Positions 1 to 6,923 of a stretch of 43,755 bases of DNA are shown here, one piece after another. The notes beneath the pieces were generated by a model, which was not told the DNA's origin, ran no database searches, and worked only from the letters and a program-made list of their open reading frames with translations. The translations under genes were made by a program, and so were the position numbers. Position 1 is the stretch's first letter. Every line of letters begins with the position of its first letter. The stretch is from Acidimicrobiia bacterium. GTDB taxonomy: Bacteria; Actinomycetota; Acidimicrobiia; Spongiisociales; ZC4RG35. The DNA lies in NCBI GenBank assembly GCA_040902855.1, contig JBBDWN010000029.1:1-43755 (forward strand). The letters are read 5' to 3'.

Positions 1-2
1 TC

Positions 3-980
3 GACGCCGCCCAGATCGACATGGTGGACGGCGCGAGGGGCATGGACGAATGGCTGTCTGCCCGACTCGATGTCGACGTCCGGACGGCCCGCACCCTGCT
101 GGGTCTCGCCCGCTCGAACGACGAACGGGTCGACGAGATGCTCGAGGAAGGAGCCAGCGTCGATAGAGCGAACGCCACGCTCCGCCTCATCCAGTCGGGG
201 GCAGATCAGGCCACTGTCGACGAGTCTGTCGGTCGAGACATCGCCGGTGTTCGCCAGATGACAGCCCAACGCCGTCCCATCAGTCCCGATGCGGAGTCAG
301 ATTCCCACGCCGGTCGGTTTCTTCACATGCAGCCTTCCCTCGACGAGAGCATCTGGCGGTTGTGGGGCCAATTGTCCGGTGTCGATGGGCGCATCGTCGA
401 GAAGGCGATCAGCACCTCGGTCGACAGTCTTCCGAACGACCCTGACGTCACCGCCAGCCAGCTTCGGGCGGACGGGCTGGTTTCGGTGGCGTCCGAATGG
501 CTTTCGGGTGAGGTCGGCGGCCACGAACTCACCGCTGAGATCTTCATCGACGCCGCCCTCGCCACCACGTCCGAAGGTCGGGAGGGCGTGAGCGTCGTCT
601 CAGGACCGAGGGTCGGACCGAACACCCTCGGTGAGATCCTCTGCTCCGGCACGGTCCGAGTCACCGTTCATGACGACGTCCTGCGGACCGTCTCCACTTC
701 GCCTACCGGCCGCGCCATTCCCCCTGCGATCCGTTCCCTCGTGCTGCACCGTGACGGTCACCGTTGTGTGATCGGCGGCTGCCAATCCCGATCGAGGCTC
801 CAACCCCACCACCTCGTCCCGTACTCGGAGGGAGGGAGCCATCATCCCGACAACCTCGTCACTTTGTGCTGGTTCCACCATCACGTCGTCGTTCATCAAC
901 GGGGCATGGTGATAGATCCGGCCTCGCCTCCCCACGCCCGTACCTTCCTTCGCGCCATTCCGACCCGCGCCGGTCCCTGA
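3..980 (+). CDS. DUF222/13E12-like protein with C-terminal HNH endonuclease domain (probably 5'-truncated by the window edge)
   Basis: Frame is open from the window edge. The C-terminus has RDGHRCVIGGC...HHLVPYSEGGSHHPDNLVTLCWFHH (HNH/Zn motif), preceded by the helical 'QLRADGLV' region typical of actinobacterial DUF222-HNH proteins. Confidence 0.8.
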   Translation, partial: DAAQIDMVDGARGMDEWLSARLDVDVRTARTLLGLARSNDERVDEMLEEGASVDRANATLRLIQSGADQATVDESVGRDIAGVRQMTAQRRPISPDAESDSHAGRFLHMQPSLDESIWRLWGQLSGVDGRIVEKAISTSVDSLPNDPDVTASQLRADGLVSVASEWLSGEVGGHELTAEIFIDAALATTSEGREGVSVVSGPRVGPNTLGEILCSGTVRVTVHDDVLRTVSTSPTGRAIPPAIRSLVLHRDGHRCVIGGCQSRSRLQPHHLVPYSEGGSHHPDNLVTLCWFHHHVVVHQRGMVIDPASPPHARTFLRAIPTRAGP

Positions 981-1061
981 TCCCGCGGTCTTCGGACTCG
1001 GCGATGTGAGCGGAATCCCGGATGGAGGCGGTTTCGGCGCGTCCGAACCGGGATCAGGGAC
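973..1061. terminator. Inverted repeat between convergent genes, candidate bidirectional terminator
   Basis: GTCCCTGATCCCG (973-985) is the exact reverse complement of CGGGATCAGGGAC (1049-1061). TTCGGAC (991-997) pairs with GTCCGAA (1041-1047). No U-tract. Confidence 0.45.
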
Positions 1062-1674
1062 GGCGGAGTCCGGGGACCTGACGGTCCACGGCATCGAGGA
1101 CCGCTCGCACCATCGCCTGGCTCGGGTTGCTGCCGACCAGGGCGGATCCGACCATCATCTGTTCGCGGCCACCGGTCACAAGTACCACCTGGGCGATGGC
1201 GACGTCCTCTGCCCCGACTCGGTGCACGGCTTCGGCGCTGATCGCGAAGGAAGCCTTCTCGTCGAGCGCCTGCCCGAGGGCGACGAGCGTGGCTTCGGCG
1301 ACCAGCCGCATCCGGGTGGCGGAGGCCGCCGGACCCTCGGCTGTACCGGTCAGCCTTTCGTCGTGCCAGTGCAGTGTGACGGTGACTTTCATCCGGGAGA
1401 AGTCGATCTCCTCGGCGACATCGTCGACGACTGGGCGGTCACCGACGGACAGTTCCTCGCCGTCGATCTGGACGACCGAGATGATCCTGCGATCGATGTC
1501 GAGATCGAACGCCGCCATCGCCACCGACTGGACGTCACGCACCACTTGTTTGGCCGGTTTTCCTGGCGTGGCGAGGACATGGACCTCGCGCGGTCTGTTG
1601 CCTTCGAGCACGATCCGGACGTTCTCGACGCCGGGGATCCGGGCGATGGCCGCTTCGAGTGCCTTGACATCCAT
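1054..1674 (-). CDS. Hypothetical cytoplasmic protein (206 aa), divergent from the peptide/HD-GYP operon
   Basis: Start re-assigned to ATG 1674 (MDVKALEAAIARIPGVENVRIV...) with TACGCT -10-like hexamer 9 nt upstream. Globular alpha/beta pattern (EVHVLA..KPAKQVVRDVQS; DRRIISVVQI; GSALV...AVLDAVDR). Confidence 0.8.
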   Translation of the reverse strand: MDVKALEAAIARIPGVENVRIVLEGNRPREVHVLATPGKPAKQVVRDVQSVAMAAFDLDIDRRIISVVQIDGEELSVGDRPVVDDVAEEIDFSRMKVTVTLHWHDERLTGTAEGPAASATRMRLVAEATLVALGQALDEKASFAISAEAVHRVGAEDVAIAQVVLVTGGREQMMVGSALVGSNPSQAMVRAVLDAVDRQVPGLRRP

Positions 1675-1736
1675 GGTCAGCGGAGCGTAGCCCTCGGACC
1701 CCTTGACAACAGGGACGCGCAGGCGACCCGGGAATG

Positions 1737-1766
1737 TTGCGACTTCGTGATCTCGCCAGGTAGATT
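1737..1766 (+). promoter_or_regulatory. Candidate housekeeping-sigma promoter for the leader/peptide/HD-GYP transcript
   Basis: TTGCGA (1737-1742), 18-nt spacer, TAGATT (1761-1766). Confidence 0.45.
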
Positions 1767-1801
1767 GCACCGTGGTCGGTCTCACACAGGGGGGCCGGCG
1801 G

Positions 1802-1983
1802 AACCGGGATCGCTGCCCGGTTGGGAGGTGGGCGGACCTGTAATAGGTGGGGCCTCACATTGACAAGTGAGGTTTCCCGGCTCGTTTACGAGTCGGGAAT
1901 ACGGGGAGAGCCCGGCGACGGATCCTTCCATCGATGATTACACCGAAGCGGAGCGGAACGACGCGTCGACAGATGTGTCGGCG
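1802..1983 (+). other. Hairpin-rich non-coding region (candidate structured 5' leader or ncRNA)
   Basis: Stems AACCGGG/CCCGGTT (1802-1822), CCTCAC/GTGAGG (1853-1872), TTCCCGGCTCG/CGAGTCGGGAA (1874-1899, one G-U) and CGTCGACA/TGTCGGCG (1964-1983, one G-U), inside a ~340-nt intergenic gap in an otherwise tightly packed window. Confidence 0.45.
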
Positions 1984-2013
1984 AGTCTCAATTCACCGAC
2001 GAGGTGATACCGG

Positions 2014-2103
2014 ATGAAGGCACGCCTGGTCCGGATTCTTGCTGCGGCCGGAAGCCTCGCCACGCTCATAGTGGCTGGCTCGGCTTCCCTGAAGATCGGT
2101 TGA
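2014..2103 (+). CDS. Small 29-aa signal-peptide-like precursor peptide MKARLVRILAAAGSLATLIVAGSASLKIG (absent from the ORF track)
   Basis: GAGGTG Shine-Dalgarno at 2001-2006, ATG 2014, TGA 2101-2103. Basic n-region, hydrophobic h-region and a short polar tail. It lies immediately upstream of the HD-GYP genes on the same strand. Confidence 0.8.
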   Translation: MKARLVRILAAAGSLATLIVAGSASLKIG

Positions 2104-2163
2104 TCTGATCGTCGGGCATCCTCCCGCTCTATGCTCTCAGGCCAACAGAAAGACGCGCGTCGA

Positions 2164-3528
2164 GTGAACGAACGCAGAACCAAGGGACTCCTGGGGTTTG
2201 GCTCCTTCTGCATCGGTTTGATAGGGATTGGCGCGGCTTGGTACTTTCAACCCTTCCGAACTGACGCTCTGGCGATCTGGGTCCTCTTTGCCGTCGCGTA
2301 CGCCGTCTTGTCGCTTCGCTCGGTGGAAGTCAACGATCGAATGCTGGCGAGTTCGAGCGTGATGGCCATTGCGACTGCGGCGACCTACTTTGCGCTTCGA
2401 GGAGACGGAGCAGCGACTGCCGTGGTCATGATTGCTGCCTTCGGTCCATTCGACTCCGGTGACTTCAAGAAGCGGCATATCTTCCAGCCTGCTTTCAATT
2501 TCGGGCTGCTGACCCTGTCCGCGCTCGCATCTGGCGTCGTGGTCGACTTCCTGTTGTGGGGCGATCCAGACCGTGGCCGTGCGGCACTCCTCGATGTCGA
2601 CCCGTCAGGTGGAGTGGCCTTCTTCCAGGTGGCAGCGGTCGGTGCCGCTGCAGCAGCTGTGTACGCCATCACCAACTTCGCCGGCCTGCGGATCGGCGTC
2701 CGGATCGCATATGGAAGGCGAAACGTGATGCCGTGGTCCGGGCTCGGTGTCATTCTCGGATCAATGACCGTGATGGGAATACTCGGTGGGATGCTGGGAG
2801 CGGTCCTCGTATTGGAGGAGTCAGTTGCCTTCCTCGCGCTGATCGTCGTTGTGTATGGCACAGGCCACACCGTGTTCACCTCGTACGCTGAACTGCGTGT
2901 GGCGCATGAGTCCACGCTCCGGGGATTCGTGAAGACGCTCGAAACCCGTGACTTGTACACGCGCGGTCACACGGAACGCGTTGCATATTTCTGTCGGCTG
3001 GTCGGATCAGAGCTCGGCTTCACGGGAACACAGCTCGAGCACATGCGCTGGGCCGCTTTGATTCATGATATGGGCAAGTTGGCTATCCCGATCGAGCTCA
3101 TGCAAAAGCAGGGCAAGCTGACGGATGACGAGTACCGGCGACTTCGCACCGCCACCCATAAGGTGGACGACCTTCTTTCCGAGGTCGACTTTCTTCGTCC
3201 GATGGTCGACGTCGCCAGCGGGGCACATCCGAGCTTGCCGAGCGAGGACTACGGGCAGGTGGGCCACCACCACACGACAAAACCGACGCTTGAGCAGAAG
3301 GTGCTGGCGGTGGCGGACGCATTCGATGCCATGACCAGCACACGCGGATACCGGATGGCGATGAGTCAGAAGGTGGCGCTTCAGACCCTCAAAGAGGATT
3401 CGAGTCCTCTGTACGACGCGGATGTGGTCGACGCGCTCGCTCTCGCCCTGGGGGATGTCGGTGAGACGTACGGACCACCGCACCTCATGACATCTGAATT
3501 GTCCGAGGAGGTTGCGAGTGGTCGATGA
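2164..3528 (+). CDS. Multi-pass membrane protein with C-terminal HD-GYP-type domain (degenerate)
   Basis: Several hydrophobic helices, then ETRDLYTRGHTERV, HDMGK and VADAFDAMTSTRGYR. HHE and GYP motifs are not intact. Start is GTG 2164 or ATG 2131. Confidence 0.85.
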   Translation: MNERRTKGLLGFGSFCIGLIGIGAAWYFQPFRTDALAIWVLFAVAYAVLSLRSVEVNDRMLASSSVMAIATAATYFALRGDGAATAVVMIAAFGPFDSGDFKKRHIFQPAFNFGLLTLSALASGVVVDFLLWGDPDRGRAALLDVDPSGGVAFFQVAAVGAAAAAVYAITNFAGLRIGVRIAYGRRNVMPWSGLGVILGSMTVMGILGGMLGAVLVLEESVAFLALIVVVYGTGHTVFTSYAELRVAHESTLRGFVKTLETRDLYTRGHTERVAYFCRLVGSELGFTGTQLEHMRWAALIHDMGKLAIPIELMQKQGKLTDDEYRRLRTATHKVDDLLSEVDFLRPMVDVASGAHPSLPSEDYGQVGHHHTTKPTLEQKVLAVADAFDAMTSTRGYRMAMSQKVALQTLKEDSSPLYDADVVDALALALGDVGETYGPPHLMTSELSEEVASGR

Positions 3529-4774
3529 CTCACGACCTCACCTGATGTGGATAGCGTCAGCATTGCTTCCGCTGGCGTCGCTGGGCGTGGGTGTGACGCT
3601 GGTGATTCCGCTGACGCCGACCACTCGGTTCGCTGTGGGCGTGGCCTCAGTCTGCTTCACGCTTGCGTCCCTCATTCAGGTTCCGACGACAGGGCGAAGC
3701 AAGTACACCGCGGCGTACTTGGTGGTGGCGTCGATTCCGTTCGTTCGGACCGGGGGAGTGCCCGTGTTTACGTTCACGAGTGCCGTCGCAGTGTTGACGT
3801 TCGGAGTCGGACTCTCGTGGATCTTGCTTGCTGCCCGGGGCGACGATCAGCGTGGAGTTGCGCTTGTAATCATCAAGCGCCTTTTTGCACACGTCGCATA
3901 TCTCGTGGTTTTCTACGGCGTCCGATCGGTTCTGATGGATTCGGAGCTGGGGACGTGGGCGGACGCGATTCTTTTCGCATGCGCCGCCGCCGGTGCGTTC
4001 GCCGCCGAACTGGCATCCAATGCAGTGTTCCGCGTCGGTTCGGGCGGCCGTCCTCGTCTGTACGTGGCACTCGATACTGCGCGTGACTTCCGGGTGTTCC
4101 TGTCCCTGGTGGCGTCAGGCGCCTTGTTCGGAATTGCGTTCGAGACCATCGGTTGGTGGTCGCTCTTGTTGGCCGCCCTTCCCTACGCCTTCGCCCACGG
4201 GGCGTTTCGGCGGTACGGGGACGCCCGACGGACGTACTCGCAGACGATGCGATCTCTCGCCAGGATTCCGGAGGTTGCGGGGCACTCGGATCCTGGGCAC
4301 GCCGCTCGGACGGCTGACTTGGCCGTCGGGGTGGCCGCCGAACTCGGGCTGCGACCGCGCGACGTGGACACGGTCGAATACGCCGCCCTGCTTCACGACA
4401 TCGGTCGGATCTCGCTGAACGAGCCGAGCGTCCTCCGCATGGGGTTCACAGACAGCGACATCGCCAGATGGGGTTCGGAGATCGTGGGGGAGACCTCGTA
4501 TCTCGCCGAGGTCAGCGACGTCGTGCTTCGCCAGCACGAGCCGTATCGGAACCCTGGCATGGAGAGCAGCGAGGACGTGCCGATCGCCGCCAAGATCGTC
4601 AAAGTCTGCAGCGCGTACGACGAGTCCACCCATGAGTTGGGGTCCTCACCGCTCGAGTCGATGGAGAAGCTGCATCGCGGTTCGGTCTACGACTACGACC
4701 CCGAAGTGGTGGCGGTGCTCCGGCGGCTGCTCGAACGTCGCGGCGAGTTCGACCGGCCGGTCAGCCGCCGTTGA
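3518..4774 (+). CDS. Second multi-pass membrane protein with degenerate HD/HD-GYP-type domain
   Basis: GAGGAGG RBS at 3505-3511, GTG 3518 overlapping the upstream stop. TM helices, then GHAART, LLHDIGRI, RQHEPYR, IVKVCSAYDE and YDPEVV. Confidence 0.85.
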   Translation: MVDDSRPHLMWIASALLPLASLGVGVTLVIPLTPTTRFAVGVASVCFTLASLIQVPTTGRSKYTAAYLVVASIPFVRTGGVPVFTFTSAVAVLTFGVGLSWILLAARGDDQRGVALVIIKRLFAHVAYLVVFYGVRSVLMDSELGTWADAILFACAAAGAFAAELASNAVFRVGSGGRPRLYVALDTARDFRVFLSLVASGALFGIAFETIGWWSLLLAALPYAFAHGAFRRYGDARRTYSQTMRSLARIPEVAGHSDPGHAARTADLAVGVAAELGLRPRDVDTVEYAALLHDIGRISLNEPSVLRMGFTDSDIARWGSEIVGETSYLAEVSDVVLRQHEPYRNPGMESSEDVPIAAKIVKVCSAYDESTHELGSSPLESMEKLHRGSVYDYDPEVVAVLRRLLERRGEFDRPVSRR

Positions 4775-5353
4775 TCACCGACCCCGGGTCGCCGACCCGC
4801 CCTGCAGTTTCACGCCTGGCTTGAACCAGCGGACGGGGCGTCGGAGTTCGGCTTCGAGGAAGCGTCCCAAACCCACCGCCAGGAAGACGTCGCCGATCGA
4901 GATCACCGAGCCCTGGTTGGCCATCCGGATCGGGATGACGTCGGCGAGGAACGACAGCATCGTGTCTGCGTCTAGTTCCGTGTGCTTGGCGGCATTGGTG
5001 AGATCGGGTCCGCCCGGGGCGTATCCGGCCGCTACTTCGATCGCCCCTTCGAGGACCGGCATGCCGCCGTTGAGTGCGATGACGGTGAAGTTGAGCAGCA
5101 CACCCACACCCGCCAACCAGAGACCGGAACGGTCTCGGTTGAGGATCATCAACGCAAGAAGCGGGAGGTAGGAGGTCAGCACCAGGTAGAACCCGACGTC
5201 GGGATCTATCCGGATTGCGATGCCCTGCATGGCGAAACCGAGGGGCAGCAACCACCACATCTTCAGCCTGATGTCGGCGAGATTGGTGAGACGTCCCCCA
5301 CGTAACACCGCAACGGACATCGCCACGAAGAGGACGATGACAAGCCACAGCAT
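4775..5353 (-). CDS. DUF5317-like membrane protein, putative LspA-like intramembrane aspartic peptidase
   Basis: RGGRLTNL near the N-terminus, N..NGGMPV, FLADVI and SIGDVFLAVG motifs recognised as DUF5317. TAGCGT -10 lies 9 nt upstream of the ATG. Confidence 0.8.
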   Translation of the reverse strand: MLWLVIVLFVAMSVAVLRGGRLTNLADIRLKMWWLLPLGFAMQGIAIRIDPDVGFYLVLTSYLPLLALMILNRDRSGLWLAGVGVLLNFTVIALNGGMPVLEGAIEVAAGYAPGGPDLTNAAKHTELDADTMLSFLADVIPIRMANQGSVISIGDVFLAVGLGRFLEAELRRPVRWFKPGVKLQGGSATRGR

Positions 5354-5401
5354 GCGGTGGGAACGCTATCACAGGCAGTTCCGGCCAGAATGTGCGATCT
5401 G

Positions 5402-6166
5402 ATGGTCATCTACGAAATCTCCGCCTCGGTCGCAACGCTCACGATGAACGATCCGGAACGCCGGAATCCGCTTGGCTCCGAGACCATCGAGGGTCTCATC
5501 GACGGGCTGCAGCGGGCACTGGACGATCCGCAGGTGTCGGTTGTCGTGATCACAGGCGCCGGCGATGCGGCCTTCAGCGCCGGAGGGGATCTGGCGTCTG
5601 GATTCTTCGAGGATCCCGTGGCGAGACACTCGGAGAGGGGACGGTTCGCCGATCTCCTGAGGCTCTTGTGGAGTGGCGGGAAGCCGACGGTGGCTCGCGT
5701 CAACGGCCATGCGCTCGCCGGCGGTTTTGGGCTGGCGGTGGCCTGTGACATCACTCTCTGCGTGGACGACGCGAAGCTGGGTGTGCCCGAAGTTCGCGTC
5801 GGACTCTGGCCGATGATGATCACGGTGGCGCTGGCGCGGGCGATGCCGCAGAAGGCGGCCCTGGAACTGATGCTGACCGGTCGGACGATCACTCCGAACG
5901 AGGCGCTTCGGCTCGGTGCAGTGTCACGGGTGGTTCCCCGTTCGGGGCTCGACTCCGCTGTCGAAGAGACGGTTGCGTCGTTACGGAATGCGCCTTCGAG
6001 CGTGATGATCGGACGCGACGCCTTCATGTCCGTGGCCTCGACCGATCCGGACACGGCCCTTGATCGACTCCAGGGTGGGTTGACGGCTGTCGCATCCACC
6101 CGCGACGCTCGCGAAGGGGTCAGCGCGTTTGTCGAGAAGCGTCCGCCCTCATTCGGCCAGCAGTGA
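5402..6166 (+). CDS. Enoyl-CoA hydratase/isomerase family protein
   Basis: AFSAGGDL, VNGHALAGGFGLAVACD, PEVRVG and DAREGVSAFVEKRPP crotonase motifs. Start probably ATG 5402. Confidence 0.9.
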   Translation: MVIYEISASVATLTMNDPERRNPLGSETIEGLIDGLQRALDDPQVSVVVITGAGDAAFSAGGDLASGFFEDPVARHSERGRFADLLRLLWSGGKPTVARVNGHALAGGFGLAVACDITLCVDDAKLGVPEVRVGLWPMMITVALARAMPQKAALELMLTGRTITPNEALRLGAVSRVVPRSGLDSAVEETVASLRNAPSSVMIGRDAFMSVASTDPDTALDRLQGGLTAVASTRDAREGVSAFVEKRPPSFGQQ

Positions 6167-6206
6167 ATCGCTTTCTAACTCGAGACTCCGGATAGCCTGA
6201 GGCGCG

Positions 6207-6923
6207 ATGCGCAGAAAGATTCGAATCGCCGGCTTTGCCATGGTGTGGACCGGGGTGTTGACCCTGGGAATCGTTGCGTATCAACTCGTCGTGACTGACT
6301 TCCTCAACGATCGCGTACAGGAGGAGGCACGCACCGAACTGGTCACCGGCCTCGATGAGCGTCGGGACACCCTCGAAACGCCGGTGACCGTGACCGTTCC
6401 ATCACAGACCACGGATACCACCCAGGCCCCGGTCGTCGAGACGATCGACTTTCACCCGGAGGACGCGGTAGAAGAGGGCGATCCTTTCGGCGTCATTCGC
6501 ATCCCATCGATCGAACTGGACTGGGTGCTCTTCGGTGGGGTTCTCCCGGCGACGTTGAACCAGGGTCCTGGGCACATGCCGTGGACCCCGCTCCCGGGCC
6601 AGCCCGGCAATTCCGTCATCTCGGGACACCGGACGACGTATGGAGCTCCTTTCTTCGACCTCGACCTGCTCGAACCAGGCGACACCATCGAGATCGAGAC
6701 CGCGATCGGAGTTCACACCTACACGGTCCGAGACACCATCGTCGTCACCGCCTACGACGTATGGGTCACCAATCCCAAGCCGGGGGCGTGGCTGACGCTC
6801 ACGACCTGTCATCCCAAGTTCTCGGCCGCCCAACGGCTCATCGTCCAGGCCGAACTCACCGACGGGCCCAACCTCGACTATGCCCAGTTTCTCTTCGACA
6901 CCCAGTTCAGCGCCGTCTCCTGA
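6207..6923 (+). CDS. Class E sortase
   Basis: N-terminal TM anchor, GHRTTYGAPF, catalytic LTLTTC followed by R (QRLIV). TAGCCT -10 lies 8 nt upstream of the ATG. Confidence 0.9.
   Translation: MRRKIRIAGFAMVWTGVLTLGIVAYQLVVTDFLNDRVQEEARTELVTGLDERRDTLETPVTVTVPSQTTDTTQAPVVETIDFHPEDAVEEGDPFGVIRIPSIELDWVLFGGVLPATLNQGPGHMPWTPLPGQPGNSVISGHRTTYGAPFFDLDLLEPGDTIEIETAIGVHTYTVRDTIVVTAYDVWVTNPKPGAWLTLTTCHPKFSAAQRLIVQAELTDGPNLDYAQFLFDTQFSAVS

Noticed and set aside
1006-1863. 285-aa plus-strand ORF
   Set aside because: Antisense shadow of the 1054-1674 gene with no recognisable motifs.
1860-1865. Perfect TTGACA as a -35 element
   Set aside because: No TANNNT at 16-19 nt spacing. It sits in the loop of the CCTCAC/GTGAGG stem.
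1905-1992. Glycine riboswitch resemblance (GGAGAG...ACACCGAAG..GGAGC...hairpin...TCTCA)
   Set aside because: The conserved CUCUCAGG end is TCTCAAT here, GAAG-GAGC is interrupted, no clear P1/P2 pairing is seen and no glycine-related gene follows. An Rfam cmscan would settle it.
1775-2000. Known c-di-GMP-I/II or c-di-AMP (ydaO) riboswitch in the leader
   Set aside because: I could not find the GGCAAAC...GACGCAAAGC core or the GGGGTGAATC/CCCGTCAGCTAAC core on either strand.
2014-2103. Peptide as an AgrD-type or RiPP precursor, or an attenuator leader peptide
   Set aside because: No Cys, no acidic C-terminal tail, no AgrB or RiPP-modifying enzymes nearby, no run of regulatory codons and no terminator hairpin with U-tract after it. 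A role as a small membrane subunit of the HD-GYP proteins is not excluded.
1938-2213. 91-aa minus-strand ORF over the peptide gene
   Set aside because: Arg/Ser-rich and non-protein-like. The plus-strand 29-aa ORF has the RBS and a coherent signal-peptide structure.
6207-6923. Sortase as part of the peptide system
   Set aside because: The peptide has no LPxTG/LAxTG plus TM plus basic-tail signal, the sortase is separated by an unrelated crotonase gene, and no sortase substrate was seen in the window.
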